62,971 nt of DNA from positions 1 to 62,971 of the forward strand of contig JAFVEL010000019.1 in NCBI GenBank assembly GCA_017475965.1, read 5' to 3'. This DNA comes from Alphaproteobacteria bacterium. Its GTDB lineage: Bacteria; Pseudomonadota; Alphaproteobacteria; RUG11792. Shown in pieces: positions 11,416 to 23,616 of the stretch (position 1 is the first letter of the stretch; each line of letters opens with the position of its first letter). A program made the translations under genes and the position numbers. The notes below the pieces were generated by a model. The model did not search any database. It saw nothing but the letters and a program-made list of their open reading frames with translations, and was not told the DNA's origin.

Positions 11416-11955
11416 TTACTTCTTTTTCCCTTCTTTTCTATATATAAACTCACCTACTCTACTAATTCCCTTGCCTTTATATGGTTCAGGTTTTCTGTAA
11501 CTTCTCAGGAAAGCGGCTACATCACCAATTTGTTTCTTATCAGAACCGCTAACTACAATGGTTGTAGGATCAGGACATGATATTGATACACCTTCTGGAA
11601 TATCATAATTTACATCATGACTAAATCCCAATTGTAACGATAACTTTTTACCTTTTAATGCAGCTTTGTAACCTACTCCTGTTAATTTCAAAGTAATTTT
11701 AAAATCTTCAACAAATCCTTTGATAATATTACTCACATTTCTTTGAGTAGTACCCCAAAGTGCTTTTGTTGTACGTTCTTCATTATTAGGAGTGAACAAT
11801 ACACCATCGTCAGATATCTTAACATCCAAACAACTTGGAACAATATATTTCTTTTCCTTATTTCCTTTTACTATATTTATAGTATTAATCTCAAATGTAA
11901 CATTAACTCCATTTGGAATATTTACTGCATGTTTACCAACTCTTGACATAATCAA
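11416..11955 (-). CDS. rplF: 50S ribosomal protein L6
   Basis: MSRVGKHAVNIPNGV and YRKPEPYKGKGI. The start may be the ATG at 11949. Confidence 0.97.
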   Translation of the reverse strand: MIMSRVGKHAVNIPNGVNVTFEINTINIVKGNKEKKYIVPSCLDVKISDDGVLFTPNNEERTTKALWGTTQRNVSNIIKGFVEDFKITLKLTGVGYKAALKGKKLSLQLGFSHDVNYDIPEGVSISCPDPTTIVVSGSDKKQIGDVAAFLRSYRKPEPYKGKGISRVGEFIYRKEGKKK

Positions 11956-11961
11956 CCTCTC

Positions 11962-12357
11962 TTAGAATACGGAAAACAAAACTTCACCACCAAGAGATTG
12001 CTTTCTTGCTTCAGTATCGGACATTACTCCTTTGTTTGTTGAAAGGACATATATACCCAATCCATTCCTCATCAATGGCAATTTCTTTATAGATGAATAC
12101 ACTCTTCTACCAGGTTTAGAAATTCTCTTTATTTCACAAATGACAGGTTTATTATCGTAGTACTTCAATTCTATAGTCATGTAAGGATGACGATTTTCTT
12201 CATTCTTTACTATAGAGTATCCACTAATATAACCTTCACTTTGCAAAACTTTCAATATTCTTTCACTCATATTGGAAAGGGGAGCATCTACAGTTTTATG
12301 TTTTACCATTTGTGCATTTCTGATTCTTGTGATTAAATCACTTGTAATATCATTCAT
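11962..12357 (-). CDS. rpsH: 30S ribosomal protein S8
   Basis: DLITRIRNAQMVKH and GGEVLFSVF. Confidence 0.97.
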   Translation of the reverse strand: MNDITSDLITRIRNAQMVKHKTVDAPLSNMSERILKVLQSEGYISGYSIVKNEENRHPYMTIELKYYDNKPVICEIKRISKPGRRVYSSIKKLPLMRNGLGIYVLSTNKGVMSDTEARKQSLGGEVLFSVF

Positions 12358-12369
12358 AACATCACCTTC

Positions 12370-12675
12370 TTACCAACTTGCCTTAGTTACTCCAGGTAAC
12401 ATACCCTTAGAAGCCAAGTCTCTTAACATTATTCTAGACAACCCAAATTTTCTATAGTATCCACGAGATCTTCCAGTCAATGCGCATCTATTTCTAACTC
12501 TCACTCTAGAAGAATTTCGAGGCATTTCAGCAAGTTTAAACATTGCATTCCTCCTCTCATCTTCAGGTAATTCTTTATTCATAAAAATAGCTTTCCACTT
12601 CTCTCTAGTATCCTTTCTGCGTTGTACTAGACGACGTCTTTTTTTATCATTTTCAATAGAGCTTTTTTTTGCCAT
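12370..12675 (-). CDS. rpsN: 30S ribosomal protein S14 (long form)
   Basis: [28 protein letters not shown]...GVTKASW. Confidence 0.97.
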   Translation of the reverse strand: MAKKSSIENDKKRRRLVQRRKDTREKWKAIFMNKELPEDERRNAMFKLAEMPRNSSRVRVRNRCALTGRSRGYYRKFGLSRIMLRDLASKGMLPGVTKASW

Positions 12676-12687
12676 ATCTCCTCTTCA

Positions 12688-13233
12688 TTAACTCTTAAAT
12701 GGGAAACCCAAAGCTTTCAATAAAGCTAATGCTGATTTATTATCATTAGCTGTAGTACAAACATTAATATCTAGACCTCTGATTTTATCTATTTTGTCAT
12801 AATTAATTTCAAAGAATACTATTTGTTCTTTTATACCCATTGAAAAATTACCTCTACCATCAAATCCTTTAGATGACAGTCCACCAAAGTCTCTTACTCT
12901 TGGCAAAGCCATATATATAAGTCTATCAACAAACTCATACATTCTATCTCCACGAAGAGTAACTTTTACACCAATATCTGTACCTTCTCTCAATTTAAAT
13001 CCAGCTATAGATTTCTTAGCCTTTGCCACAACTGGTTTTTGTCCTGCTATTGCCATGATATCATCAAACATACATTGCAATACTTTTTTATCATGAGCAG
13101 CATCAGCTGAAGTACAATTCAAAACAATCTTCGTCAACTTAGGAATCATGAAATCATTAGTGAGTCCTAGTTCTGTTTTTAGTGAAGATCTTATTTCTGA
13201 AAAATATTTATCTTTTGTATAACTCATAATCAA
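12688..13233 (-). CDS. rplE: 50S ribosomal protein L5
   Basis: PKLTKIVLN and [20 protein letters not shown]. Confidence 0.97.
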   Translation of the reverse strand: MIMSYTKDKYFSEIRSSLKTELGLTNDFMIPKLTKIVLNCTSADAAHDKKVLQCMFDDIMAIAGQKPVVAKAKKSIAGFKLREGTDIGVKVTLRGDRMYEFVDRLIYMALPRVRDFGGLSSKGFDGRGNFSMGIKEQIVFFEINYDKIDKIRGLDINVCTTANDNKSALALLKALGFPFKS

Positions 13234-13239
13234 TCCCTA

Positions 13240-13572
13240 CTATACTGCCTGTGGAACATTCGAACCAGTTTTTTTGAAGAATCGGATCTTCTTTCCGTTC
13301 TCATCTTTCTTAAATCCTACCTTACCAGGTTTATTAGTTTCATTATCAACCAAAGCGACATTGGATATATGTATAGGCATTTCTTTAGTTACGCTCCCTT
13401 GTGGATACCTGTAATCAGGTCTAATGTGTCTAGTTACCACATTAATACCTTCAACTATTACTTTGGATTCACTCACGAACACTTTTTTCACTAATCCACG
13501 TTGCCCTTTGGAACTACCAGTAATTACTTGTACTGTATCACCTTTTCTTATCTTTAATATTGGTCTTTTCAT
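13240..13572 (-). CDS. rplX: 50S ribosomal protein L24
   Basis: IRKGDTVQVITGSSKGQRG (KOW motif). Confidence 0.96.
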   Translation of the reverse strand: MKRPILKIRKGDTVQVITGSSKGQRGLVKKVFVSESKVIVEGINVVTRHIRPDYRYPQGSVTKEMPIHISNVALVDNETNKPGKVGFKKDENGKKIRFFKKTGSNVPQAV

Positions 13573-13940
13573 TATAGTACCTCCGGTGCCAGTGAAGTAA
13601 TCTTAGTATATCCTCTAGATTTTAGTTCCCTTGTTACAGGACCAAATATACGTGTTCCTAAAGGTACACCTTGCTTATCAATTAAAACAACAGCATTACT
13701 ATCAAATGCTATTTGCATTCCATCTGGACGTCTTAAAGGAGCTTTAGTTCTAACAACTACAGCTTTTTGTACTTCTCCTTTTTTTATTTTTCCATTAGGA
13801 ATGGCATCTTTTACAGTAACAACAACTACATCACCAATTCTTGCATATCTTCTCTTAGAACCTCCTAAGACTTTTATGCAAAGAACTTCCTTGGCTCCTG
13901 AGTTGTCGGCTACTTTCATACGAGACTCAGACTGAATCAT
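13572..13940 (-). CDS. rplN: 50S ribosomal protein L14
   Basis: [28 protein letters not shown]. Confidence 0.98.
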   Translation of the reverse strand: MIQSESRMKVADNSGAKEVLCIKVLGGSKRRYARIGDVVVVTVKDAIPNGKIKKGEVQKAVVVRTKAPLRRPDGMQIAFDSNAVVLIDKQGVPLGTRIFGPVTRELKSRGYTKITSLAPEVL

Positions 13941-14185
13941 ACGCCCTCCATTACTTTTTTAGGTTCAACAACCCATTTTTTAGTTTTAGAAATAGGTCTA
14001 GACTCAATGATGCGAACTGAATCACCTTCCTTATATGAATTGGTTTCATCATGTGCTGCATATTTCTTGCGAACCTTTATATATTTCTTATATATAGGAT
14101 GCATAACACGATTTTCAACTCTCACAATTACAGTCTTATCACACTTATCACTAACAACTATACCCTGCAATACTCTACGAGGCAT
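13937..14185 (-). CDS. rpsQ: 30S ribosomal protein S17
   Basis: [19 protein letters not shown]...HDE.N..K.GD.V.I.E.RP.SK. Confidence 0.96.
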   Translation of the reverse strand: MPRRVLQGIVVSDKCDKTVIVRVENRVMHPIYKKYIKVRKKYAAHDETNSYKEGDSVRIIESRPISKTKKWVVEPKKVMEGV

Positions 14186-14197
14186 ACTTATATCCTC

Positions 14198-14407
14198 CTA
14201 ATTATTATCTTTTAACTGACGTAAACGAGTTTTTACTCTCGCTACGTTTTTTCTACACTCTTTTCTAGATGAAGGTTTAAATCCCTCACTTGGAGACCGC
14301 ATTGCAATTCTTAAGTTCATGCATTCTCTTTTTAAATCAGTATAAAGTTTAAGGAGATCTTCCTTACTTTTATCTTTTACTAATTCATTAAATTTTCTAC
14401 TACTCAT
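14198..14407 (-). CDS. rpmC: 50S ribosomal protein L29
   Basis: Small helical protein (LLKLYTDLKRECMNLR) in the conserved slot between rplP and rpsQ. Confidence 0.9.
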   Translation of the reverse strand: MSSRKFNELVKDKSKEDLLKLYTDLKRECMNLRIAMRSPSEGFKPSSRKECRKNVARVKTRLRQLKDNN

Positions 14408-14416
14408 TATCCTACC

Positions 14417-14827
14417 CTATACTATACGTTTTACAAATTTGGTCTTAATAGGTAATTTAGCTGCAGCATTCTCAAATGCAGTAATTGCTAAACTTTCTGA
14501 AACTCCATCTATTTCAAATAAAACCCTACCAGGATTTACTCTACAAACCCAATACTCTGGAGATCCTTTTCCACTTCCCATACGTACTTCAGCAGGTTTC
14601 TTAGATACTGGAACATCTGGGAATATACGAATCCATATACGTCCAGCCCTCTTCATACATCTGGAAATTGTTTTCCTAGCAGCTTCGATTTGTCTATCAG
14701 TAATCCTAGCTGGTTCCAAGGCTTTCAAACCATAACTTCCAAAACTGATATTAGCACCAGCAGATGTTACTCCTTTTATTCTACCCTTAAAAGCCTTCCT
14801 AAATTTTGTTTTACTGGGATATAACAT
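14417..14827 (-). CDS. rplP: 50S ribosomal protein L16
   Basis: [19 protein letters not shown] and [12 protein letters not shown]. Confidence 0.98.
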   Translation of the reverse strand: MLYPSKTKFRKAFKGRIKGVTSAGANISFGSYGLKALEPARITDRQIEAARKTISRCMKRAGRIWIRIFPDVPVSKKPAEVRMGSGKGSPEYWVCRVNPGRVLFEIDGVSESLAITAFENAAAKLPIKTKFVKRIV

Positions 14828-14839
14828 TTCCTATACCTC

Positions 14840-15499
14840 TTACACTTTCCTATTCTTAGATGGTTGTTCCTCAGTATTACTACCTCTGTATATCCATACT
14901 TTTATTCCACAAACACTATATGTAGTCTTTGCTTCTCCTAATGCATAATCAACATCAGACCTCAAAGTATGAAGAGGTACTCTACCTTCCCTATACCATT
15001 CCATTCTAGCTATTTCAGCACCACCTATTCTTCCAGATATGTTAATACGAATACCTAGTGCCCCGAACTTCAATGCAGCCTGCATTGCTTGTTTCATAGC
15101 TCTCTTATATGAAACACGCTTCTCTACACTTCTCGCAATATTATTTGCAACAACGGTAGCATCTATTTCTGGTTTCTTTACATGTAGTATATTAATACTC
15201 AATTCAGCGTTTTTACCTACTATTTTAGTAAGTTTTTCTTTAAGAACATTTAATTCTGCTCCACCTTTACCAATTAAAACACCCGGTAATGATGTATAAA
15301 TCTCGACATTCACTTTGTTTGCTGATCTCTTAATAACCACATTGGAAATTCCAGCAGTTACATATCTTTCTTCTATGTATTTCCTAACTTTTAAGTCAGC
15401 ATGTAAATATTCAGAGTATTTCTTATCTTCAAACCAACAAGAATTCCATGTCCTAAGAATTCCCAATCTCATTCCAATTGGATTTACTTTCTGTCCCAT
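14840..15499 (-). CDS. rpsC: 30S ribosomal protein S3
   Basis: MGQKVNPIGMRLGI and GRIGGAEIARMEWYREGRVPLHTLR. The start is taken at the ATG at 15499, just after the rplV stop. The ORF track extends to 15520. Confidence 0.97.
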   Translation of the reverse strand: MGQKVNPIGMRLGILRTWNSCWFEDKKYSEYLHADLKVRKYIEERYVTAGISNVVIKRSANKVNVEIYTSLPGVLIGKGGAELNVLKEKLTKIVGKNAELSINILHVKKPEIDATVVANNIARSVEKRVSYKRAMKQAMQAALKFGALGIRINISGRIGGAEIARMEWYREGRVPLHTLRSDVDYALGEAKTTYSVCGIKVWIYRGSNTEEQPSKNRKV

Positions 15500-15500
15500 A

Positions 15501-15854
15501 TTATACCTTTCTTTCTTCAACTACTATAGTTAAATGACTAAATGGCTTTACAATGGAACCACTACGTCCACGTCCTCTAGGACTAAAGCGACGCAACTCT
15601 ATGCTACTCCCAACAAATGATTCCTTAACATAAAGACTATCAGGATCCAATCCTTTATTATTCTGAGCATTAGCAATTGCTGACTGTAATGTTTTTCTAA
15701 CATCTATAGCTATTCTTTTTCTAGAGAATAGTAATACATCCATAGCACGTTTAGCATGCAATCCCCGAATCATAGCTGCCACTAGATTTAACTTCTGAGG
15801 ACTAACACGTATACGTTTTAATACCGCTTTAGTTTCATTATCTTGTAACATCAT
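15501..15854 (-). CDS. rplV: 50S ribosomal protein L22
   Basis: RVSPQKLNLVAAMIRG and PRGRGRSGSIVKPFSHLT. Confidence 0.97.
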   Translation of the reverse strand: MMLQDNETKAVLKRIRVSPQKLNLVAAMIRGLHAKRAMDVLLFSRKRIAIDVRKTLQSAIANAQNNKGLDPDSLYVKESFVGSSIELRRFSPRGRGRSGSIVKPFSHLTIVVEERKV

Positions 15855-15856
15855 AA

Positions 15857-16132
15857 CTATTTCTTCGCTTTCTTATCTGCACCGTGTCCATAATATGTTC
15901 TAGTTGGTGCAAATTCTCCAAATTTATGTCCTACCATATTTTCCGACACAGATACTGGTATAAACTTCCTTCCATTATGTACTCCAAAAGTTAAACCAAC
16001 AAAATTCGGAAGAATGGTTGATCTTCTCGACCAAATTTTTATTACATCTGATCTTCCAGATGCTCTTACCTTTTCAGCTTTCTTCAATAAGTAACGGTCG
16101 AAAAAAGGTCCTTTCCATACAGATCTTGGCAT
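15857..16132 (-). CDS. rpsS: 30S ribosomal protein S19
   Basis: [12 protein letters not shown] and [13 protein letters not shown]. Confidence 0.98.
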   Translation of the reverse strand: MPRSVWKGPFFDRYLLKKAEKVRASGRSDVIKIWSRRSTILPNFVGLTFGVHNGRKFIPVSVSENMVGHKFGEFAPTRTYYGHGADKKAKK

Positions 16133-16142
16133 TTATCTCCCT

Positions 16143-16964
16143 CTACTTTCTTCTTGAAATTATGTACTTATCAGTACGCTTGTTCCTACGAGTCTTCTTA
16201 CCTTTTGTAGATAATCCCCAAGGAGTAACTGGATGTCTTCCTCCAGAAGTTTTACCTTCTCCACCTCCATGTGGGTGATCAATTGGATTCATAGCAACAC
16301 CCCGAACACATGGTCTCTTTCCTAACCAACGACTCCTACCAGCTTTACCGTATTTCCTCTTCTGATGTTCTGCATTGGAAACAACACCAATAGTTGCCAT
16401 ACATAATCCATTTACCAATCTCTGCTCACCAGAAGGTAATCTCAAAATTATGTTTTCTCCATCTCTACCAACTAATTGCACAGAAGCACCAGCAGAACGC
16501 GCCATTTGTGCTCCTCTTCCTTTTGCTAGTTCAATGTTGTGTATGAAAGAACCAACAGGTATGTTTCTTAATTGCATAGCATTACCTGGTCTTGCTTCAG
16601 CTTTATCAGCAGATATTACTTTGTCACCTGCTTTTAGACCTTCAGGAGCAATGATATATTTGTATTCATTATCTGTATACTTCACAAGAGCTATGAAAGC
16701 ACTCCTGTTTGGATCGTATTCAATCCTCTCAACAGTAGCTTCAATATCCTTCTTATCTCTTTTAAAATCTATAAAACGATAACGTTGCTTATGACCACCA
16801 CCTCTGTTCCATACAGTAATGTGACCATGTGCATTTCTACCAGCTCTGTTAACTTTATTTTTAGTTAATTTTCTTAAAGGTCTTCCCTTCCACAAAGATG
16901 ATCTATCTATATTTACTAATTGTCTTTGTGATGAAGTAGTTGCCTTATATCTTTTCAATGCCAT
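16143..16964 (-). CDS. rplB: 50S ribosomal protein L2
   Basis: [15 protein letters not shown] and [18 protein letters not shown]. Confidence 0.98.
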   Translation of the reverse strand: MALKRYKATTSSQRQLVNIDRSSLWKGRPLRKLTKNKVNRAGRNAHGHITVWNRGGGHKQRYRFIDFKRDKKDIEATVERIEYDPNRSAFIALVKYTDNEYKYIIAPEGLKAGDKVISADKAEARPGNAMQLRNIPVGSFIHNIELAKGRGAQMARSAGASVQLVGRDGENIILRLPSGEQRLVNGLCMATIGVVSNAEHQKRKYGKAGRSRWLGKRPCVRGVAMNPIDHPHGGGEGKTSGGRHPVTPWGLSTKGKKTRRNKRTDKYIISRRK

Positions 16965-16969
16965 ATACT

Positions 16970-17275
16970 TTATACTCCCATACCTAAGTCTATCTTTGAA
17001 TCAGGAGCCAATCTAATTATTGCTCTCTTCTCATCTATTCTTTTACCAATTTTTCCTCGAAAGATTTTTCTTTTTCCTTTACGAATCATTGTATGAACAG
17101 ATAATACTTTTACTCCAAAGACTTTTTCAAATGCATTTTTTATTTCAGGTTTAGATGCCTTTTTATCGACAATAAATGTATATGCATTTTGCTTTTCTAA
17201 TATTCTATTTGATTCTTCTGTATTTACAGGATATCTAATAATATCAAAATCCTTACCTTTTACTAAGTCTGTCAT
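16970..17275 (-). CDS. rplW: 50S ribosomal protein L23
   Basis: [28 protein letters not shown]. Conserved slot between rplD and rplB. Confidence 0.95.
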   Translation of the reverse strand: MTDLVKGKDFDIIRYPVNTEESNRILEKQNAYTFIVDKKASKPEIKNAFEKVFGVKVLSVHTMIRKGKRKIFRGKIGKRIDEKRAIIRLAPDSKIDLGMGV

Positions 17276-17883
17276 GATAACCTACCTTCTAACATTTTCA
17301 TAGCTCCAGTTGATATTACTAGTTTTTTCTTTCTCACAATATCGTATACATTAGCACCAATTTGTGGGAGGAAATCACATTTCTCAACATTAGATAAAGC
17401 CCTACAGAAGTTCTCATTTTTATCAACATCTATAAACAATGCTGATTTCATATCCCCAAAACGTTTCAAGAAATCTTTTGTCTTGCAACTATCTTGATTT
17501 AAGGATTCAACTACTACTAAACTTCCATTTTTTGCCTTATCGGATAAAGCTACTTTTAATCCTAACTTACGAATCTTCTTAGGTAGGTCATAACTGTGGT
17601 CTCTTACTACAGGTCCAAAAACTATTCCACCACCTCTGAATTGAGCTGCTTTTTTTGAACCATGTCTTGCACCACCAGAACCCTTTTGTCTCACAAATTT
17701 ACGAGTAGTACCATGTACGTCGGATTTTCCTTTAACACTGTGGTTTCCACTACGTCTTTTTGCAAGTTGCCATAATACAACTCTAGAGACTATATCAGGC
17801 CTAATATCGACATTAAAGACTGCATCAGAAAATTCCATTTCTCCTGATACATTATTCTCATGATCTAATACTTGAAACTTCAT
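17272..17883 (-). CDS. rplD: 50S ribosomal protein L4
   Basis: QKGSGGARHGSKKAAQFRGGG. Confidence 0.97.
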   Translation of the reverse strand: MKFQVLDHENNVSGEMEFSDAVFNVDIRPDIVSRVVLWQLAKRRSGNHSVKGKSDVHGTTRKFVRQKGSGGARHGSKKAAQFRGGGIVFGPVVRDHSYDLPKKIRKLGLKVALSDKAKNGSLVVVESLNQDSCKTKDFLKRFGDMKSALFIDVDKNENFCRALSNVEKCDFLPQIGANVYDIVRKKKLVISTGAMKMLEGRLS

Positions 17884-17885
17884 TG

Positions 17886-18539
17886 TTAACCTACTTTTTT
17901 ATTTTCTTGCCTAATGGCATCTCTAATATAAACAATTCCATTCTTGCCACCTGGAACTGCACCATTCACATAAATTAATCCCTTCTCTGCAGAGATTAAA
18001 GTTACGGGTAAATTCAACACTGTTACTCTAGTATTTCCCATGTGTCCTGCCATTCTCTTCCCTTTAAATACACGACCAGGCTCAGTTCTATTACCTGTGG
18101 ATCCATGAGACCTATGTGATACTGAAACACCATGGGTAGCTCTCAAACCACCAAATCCATAACGCTTCATACCACCAGCAAAACCTTTACCTTTAGTAAT
18201 ACCAGTAACATCTATCAAATCACCTTGCTTAAAGTGTTCAACTGTTATAATATCTCCCACTTTATAAGCTGAAGAATCATCTACTCTAAAATCTTTCAAA
18301 ATGCGGAAATTACTCAAATTATGTTTCTTAAAGAAACCAAGTTGAGCCTTGTTAATATGCTTTCCATTTTCCTCTATTTTAGTACCTAATTGGACAGACT
18401 CAACTCCATCATGATTCTTCGTTCTAAGAGCAACAACTGTACATGGATCAACTTTTAAAATAGTGATCGCTTTTAGTACACCATTGTCGTCAAAATACTG
18501 AGTCATGCCGACCTTTTCGGCTATCAACCCTACTCTCAT
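17886..18539 (-). CDS. rplC: 50S ribosomal protein L3
   Basis: GITKGKGFAGGMKRYGFGG and GHMGNTRVTVLNL. Confidence 0.98.
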   Translation of the reverse strand: MRVGLIAEKVGMTQYFDDNGVLKAITILKVDPCTVVALRTKNHDGVESVQLGTKIEENGKHINKAQLGFFKKHNLSNFRILKDFRVDDSSAYKVGDIITVEHFKQGDLIDVTGITKGKGFAGGMKRYGFGGLRATHGVSVSHRSHGSTGNRTEPGRVFKGKRMAGHMGNTRVTVLNLPVTLISAEKGLIYVNGAVPGGKNGIVYIRDAIRQENKKVG

Positions 18540-18560
18540 AAATTATTTACCTCAATAAAT

Positions 18561-18884
18561 TTAAACTTTTACTTCTACATCCACACCAGCAGCAAGATCA
18601 AGTTTCATTAACGCATCTACTGTTTGCGGTAAGCAATCTTTAATATCGATTAATCTAGCATGAGTTCTCATCTCAAATTGTTCTCTGGATTTTTTATCAA
18701 CATGAGGAGAACGATTGACTGTAAATCTCTCTATATGTGTTGGAAGAGGAATAGGACCTCTCACTGTAGATCCTGTTCTCTCTGCCGTTTTTACTATCTC
18801 CCTTACTGATTGGTCCAACAACTTATGATCATAAGCTCTTAATCGAATACGAATACTTGTACCGTTATTTGCAACTGCACTCAT
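18561..18884 (-). CDS. rpsJ: 30S ribosomal protein S10
   Basis: [16 protein letters not shown] and GPIPLPT. Confidence 0.98.
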   Translation of the reverse strand: MSAVANNGTSIRIRLRAYDHKLLDQSVREIVKTAERTGSTVRGPIPLPTHIERFTVNRSPHVDKKSREQFEMRTHARLIDIKDCLPQTVDALMKLDLAAGVDVEVKV

Positions 18885-18910
18885 AAATATACTTCCTCTT
18901 CCACAAATGC

Positions 18911-20116
18911 TTAAGCAACTATTTCAGTAACAACACCAGCACCGATTGTTCTACCACCCTCACGGATAGCGAATTTTAATCCCTTTTCCATAGCAACTGG
19001 GCTAATTAGCTCAATTTCCATACCATCAACGTTATCTCCTGGCATTACCATTTCAACACCAGCAGGTAAGGAAATAGATCCTGTTACGTCAGTAGTTCTG
19101 AAATAAAATTGTGGTCTATAGTGTTGTCCGAAAGTAGTGTGACGTCCACCTTCTTCTTTTGTCAAAACATATACCTGAGCTTTGAATTTAGTGTGTGGAG
19201 TAACTGTTCCTGGTTTTGCTAAGACTTGTCCTCTCTCAACTTCGGTTCTATCAATACCTCTCAACAATACTCCAACGTTATCTCCTGCTTCTCCTTGATC
19301 AAGAAGTTTACGGAACATTTCAATACCGGTTACTGTTGTTTTCTTGGTTTCTCTTATTCCAACAATTTCCACTTCATCGTTTAAGTGAACAATACCACGC
19401 TCTATACGACCTGTTACAACTGTTCCACGACCGGTAATTGTGAATACATCTTCAATAGCCAAAGCAAATGGTTTATCTGTCTCTCTTACTGGGTCTGGAA
19501 TGTACTCATCTACTGCATTCATCAATTTATCAATAGAAGGAGCACCAAGTTCATTAGAACTATCTTCTGGATTTTCCAATGCTACTAATGCTGAACCTCT
19601 TACTATTGGAGTGTTTGCTCCATCGAATCCATAAGAAGATAACAAATCCCTTACTTCTTCCTCAACTAGGTCTATCATTTCAGCATCATCTACTAAATCA
19701 CACTTGTTTAAGTAAACAACTATTTTCTGGATACCAACCTGCCTAGCTAACAATATGTGCTCTCTAGTTTGAGGCATTGCACCATCAGTAGCAGCAACAA
19801 CAAGTATTGCTCCATCCATTTGAGCTGCTCCAGTAATCATGTTCTTTACATAGTCAGCGTGTCCTGGACAATCTACGTGAGCATAGTGTCTCTTTTCAGT
19901 TTCATACTCAACGTGAGCTGTGTTAATAGTTATACCTCTGGCTTTCTCCTCAGGTGCTGCATCTATTTGATCGTATCCCTTAGCTTGAGCTTTACCTTTC
20001 TTAGACAATACTGTAGTTATAGCTGCAGTCAATGTTGTCTTACCGTGATCAACGTGACCAATTGTACCTATATTACAATGTGGTTTATTTCGTATAAATT
20101 TCTCTTTTTCTGCCAT
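18911..20116 (-). CDS. tuf: elongation factor Tu
   Basis: [22 protein letters not shown] and SAL motifs. Locally higher GC than the surroundings. Confidence 0.99.
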   Translation of the reverse strand: MAEKEKFIRNKPHCNIGTIGHVDHGKTTLTAAITTVLSKKGKAQAKGYDQIDAAPEEKARGITINTAHVEYETEKRHYAHVDCPGHADYVKNMITGAAQMDGAILVVAATDGAMPQTREHILLARQVGIQKIVVYLNKCDLVDDAEMIDLVEEEVRDLLSSYGFDGANTPIVRGSALVALENPEDSSNELGAPSIDKLMNAVDEYIPDPVRETDKPFALAIEDVFTITGRGTVVTGRIERGIVHLNDEVEIVGIRETKKTTVTGIEMFRKLLDQGEAGDNVGVLLRGIDRTEVERGQVLAKPGTVTPHTKFKAQVYVLTKEEGGRHTTFGQHYRPQFYFRTTDVTGSISLPAGVEMVMPGDNVDGMEIELISPVAMEKGLKFAIREGGRTIGAGVVTEIVA

Positions 20117-20157
20117 TTTTTACTCCATAAAAAAAACAATAACAATCATTTATCATT

Positions 20158-22239
20158 TTATGATATTTTCTTCTTAATGTCATCAGCAATCTGTTGTGGT
20201 ACCTGATCATAGTGATCAAAAACCATAGTAAATTGAGCCCTACCTTGACTCATAGATCTCAATGAGTTAACATAACCAAACATATTTGCTAATGGAACCA
20301 TAGCTGCAATTTCCTTTGCATTACCTCTCTGATTCATTTCCGATACTTGTCCTCTCCTACTATTCAAGTCTCCAATAATATCTCCCATATAATCCTCAGG
20401 AGTTACTACATTGACTTTCATAATAGGTTCTAATAATCTAGGAGAACATTTGTTTATGCCTTCCCTAAATGCAGCCCTTGCCGCAATTTCGAAAGCTAAT
20501 ACACTTGAATCAACTGGGTGGAAAGCACCATCAATTAATGTAGCTTTAAAATCTATCATAGGGAATCCAGCTATTACACCATTTTCCTTTGCAGACTCTA
20601 GTCCTTTAAGTACTCCTGGAATATATTCTTTAGGAATAGCCCCCCCAACAATCTTATTATCAAAAATGAATCCTTCTCCAGGTTTTAATGGTTCGAATAT
20701 AATTTTTACTCTAGCAAATTGTCCAGCACCACCAGTTTGCTTCTTATGTGTATAATCTATTTCATTTTGTTTTGTAATCGTTTCACGATAAGCTACTTGG
20801 GGAGCACCAACTTTTGCTTCAACTTTATATTCTCTCTTTAATCTATCAACCATTATTTCAAGATGAAGTTCTCCCATACCTTTTATAATAGTTTGTCCTG
20901 TTTCCACATTAGAAGCTACTTTAAATGAAGGATCTTCAGTTGCTAATCTAGCCAATGCCAATCCCATTTTCTCTTGGTCTGCTTTGGTGTTTGGTTCAAT
21001 TGCTATTTCAATAACAGGTTCTGGGAATTCCATCTTTTCTAGTATAACTGGATTATTAGAATCACAAAGTGTATCACCAGTGGTTGTATTCTTTAATCCA
21101 ACAATAGCAACTATATCCCCAGCAAAAGCCTCCTTTATTTCTTCTCTCTTATTGGCATGCATTAATAACATTCTACCAATACGTTCTGGTTTGTCCTTTA
21201 CTGAGTTTAAAACTGTTGAACCAGATTCAAGTTTTCCAGAGTATATTCTAAAGAATGTTAAGTTACCAACAAATGGATCTGTCATTATCTTAAATGCTAA
21301 TCCAGATAAAGGTTCTTCTTTTACTAATTTTCTAGTAGCTTCATCCCCATTCTGTTTGGAACATTTTATTTCTCCTAAATCTTCAGGAGATGGTAGATAA
21401 TAAACAACTGCATCTAATAGTGGTTGAATACCCTTGTTTTTAAATGCCGTACCACATAATACTGGTACGAACTTATATCCTATTGTTCCTTTTCTGATAC
21501 ACTTCCTTAGTTCATCTGCTGATGGCTCATTACCTTCTAAATACTTTTCCATAACTTCATCATCAGCTTCAACAACTACTTCTACTAGTTTTTTGTGATA
21601 CTCGTCAGCTTGTTCCTTCATATCGTCAGGAATCTCAACAGTATCATAATGTGCTCCCATATCTTCTGTGTGCCAAATGTAAGCTTTCATTTCTATGAGG
21701 TCTACCACACCTTTGAAATCTGCTTCAATTCCTATTGGTAAAGTGAGTGGTACTGGTCTTGCTCCCAATCTACTAACTATCATGTCGACACATCTGAAGA
21801 AATTTGCTCCCATTCTATCCATTTTGTTTACAAAACAGATTCTAGGAACATTGTATTTATCAGCTTGTCTCCAAACAGTTTCAGACTGAGGTTCTACTCC
21901 AGCAACTCCATCAAATACAGTTACTGCACCATCTAATACTCTTAAACACCTTTCAACTTCAACTGTAAAATCAACGTGTCCTGGTGTGTCGATAATATTT
22001 ATTCTATGGTCTTTCCAGAAACAAGTAGTAGCAGCTGAAGTAATAGTTATTCCTCTCTCCTGCTCTTGTTCCATCCAGTCCATAGTTGCAGCTCCCTCAT
22101 GAACTTCACCAATCTTGTAAGATTTACCAGTATAGAATAATATACGCTCAGTAGTTGTAGTTTTACCTGCATCTATATGAGCCATTATTCCTATGTTTCT
22201 ATAGTGATTTACTGGTATTGTTCCATTATTATCAGCCAT
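20158..22239 (-). CDS. fusA: elongation factor G
   Basis: [28 protein letters not shown] and NKMD. Confidence 0.99.
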   Translation of the reverse strand: MADNNGTIPVNHYRNIGIMAHIDAGKTTTTERILFYTGKSYKIGEVHEGAATMDWMEQEQERGITITSAATTCFWKDHRINIIDTPGHVDFTVEVERCLRVLDGAVTVFDGVAGVEPQSETVWRQADKYNVPRICFVNKMDRMGANFFRCVDMIVSRLGARPVPLTLPIGIEADFKGVVDLIEMKAYIWHTEDMGAHYDTVEIPDDMKEQADEYHKKLVEVVVEADDEVMEKYLEGNEPSADELRKCIRKGTIGYKFVPVLCGTAFKNKGIQPLLDAVVYYLPSPEDLGEIKCSKQNGDEATRKLVKEEPLSGLAFKIMTDPFVGNLTFFRIYSGKLESGSTVLNSVKDKPERIGRMLLMHANKREEIKEAFAGDIVAIVGLKNTTTGDTLCDSNNPVILEKMEFPEPVIEIAIEPNTKADQEKMGLALARLATEDPSFKVASNVETGQTIIKGMGELHLEIMVDRLKREYKVEAKVGAPQVAYRETITKQNEIDYTHKKQTGGAGQFARVKIIFEPLKPGEGFIFDNKIVGGAIPKEYIPGVLKGLESAKENGVIAGFPMIDFKATLIDGAFHPVDSSVLAFEIAARAAFREGINKCSPRLLEPIMKVNVVTPEDYMGDIIGDLNSRRGQVSEMNQRGNAKEIAAMVPLANMFGYVNSLRSMSQGRAQFTMVFDHYDQVPQQIADDIKKKIS

Positions 22240-22250
22240 AATTCACCTCA

Positions 22251-22721
22251 TTACCAACTGTAATGAGCAAATGCCTTATTGGCTTCTGCCATCTTGTGAG
22301 TATCATCACGTTTTTTAACAGCACTACCCTTTCCAGATACTGCATCAAGTATTTCTGCTGCTAACTTCTCTTCCATGCTTTTTTCAGTTCTTGCACGTGC
22401 TGCGTTTATTAACCACCTTATTGCTAATGCTTGAGACCTACCAGGAGCAACTTCTGTTGGTACCTGATATGTTGCCCCACCAACACGTCTTGATCTGACT
22501 TCTAGTCTTGGTTTCACATTTTCCAATGCTTCAAAAAATAAATCCAAACATCCTTTATCATTCTTTCCTTGAATTTTATCGAATGCTGAATATACTATTT
22601 TTTCTGCTATTGCCTTTTTACCATCGTACATTAAACAATTCATAAATTTTGCGACAATAAGATCCCCATATCTTGGATCTTTCTCTATCTCTCGTTTTTG
22701 TGCCGCTCTACGCCTTGACAT
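22251..22721 (-). CDS. rpsG: 30S ribosomal protein S7
   Basis: [12 protein letters not shown]...[16 protein letters not shown]. Confidence 0.98.
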   Translation of the reverse strand: MSRRRAAQKREIEKDPRYGDLIVAKFMNCLMYDGKKAIAEKIVYSAFDKIQGKNDKGCLDLFFEALENVKPRLEVRSRRVGGATYQVPTEVAPGRSQALAIRWLINAARARTEKSMEEKLAAEILDAVSGKGSAVKKRDDTHKMAEANKAFAHYSW

Positions 22722-22748
22722 ATATTCTATTCACCTTTCTTAAAAATA

Positions 22749-23120
22749 CTACTTAGGTTTTTTCGCACCATATCTAGAGCGCGCTTGCTTCCTATCCTTT
22801 ACTCCTTGAGTATCTAATGTACCTCTTATTATGTGGTAGCGGACACCAGGTAAGTCTTTGACACGTCCTCCGCGAATAAGCACTACTGAGTGCTCTTGCA
22901 AGTTGTGTCCAATACCTGGAATATATCCTGTAACCTCATAACCATTAGTTAACCTAACACGTGCTACTTTACGTAAAGCTGAGTTAGGTTTTTTAGGAGT
23001 CGCTGTATAGACACGTGAACAAACTCCTCTCTTTTGAGGACAATGTTCCATTGCAGGAGTTTTACTTCTGTATACTACCTTTTTTCTTGGTTGTCGTGTC
23101 AATTGATTGACTGTAGGCAT
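22749..23120 (-). CDS. rpsL: 30S ribosomal protein S12
   Basis: [28 protein letters not shown] and [14 protein letters not shown]. Confidence 0.98.
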   Translation of the reverse strand: MPTVNQLTRQPRKKVVYRSKTPAMEHCPQKRGVCSRVYTATPKKPNSALRKVARVRLTNGYEVTGYIPGIGHNLQEHSVVLIRGGRVKDLPGVRYHIIRGTLDTQGVKDRKQARSRYGAKKPK

Positions 23121-23616
23121 CCTTTTTCCTAGTTTAAAACACTACCTATTCAGATTAATGATACTATTATATGTGGGTTACTGTCAAATATTGATGAGAA
23201 TACACCCAGTGTTATTATAACTTATCGCTATAAAACTAAATAGTAGTTGCCATTAAATACAAAATTATTATAACATCAATATAATGGAATATGCAACATA
23301 TAAATTAAATATTAGTTAATATTTCAAAGATTTAATAATAGTAATATATATATAAATGATATCATATCTCCTATTTAAATTAATAATACCGCTATATCCA
23401 GAATGAAATCAAAAATAAAAAAATCCCATAGGAATTAACCGTACACATAGCAATGTAACCCTATATGTACTAAATTAATATATTTTATTTAGTATAAAGT
23501 ACTTTAGCACTATTAAGTAGAATATTGTTTACATATACTTGCACAATTATTTAAAATATATTTGTTAACTAATTTTTAACAAATGTTAATTTACAATTAA
23601 AATACTAAGTAATGTA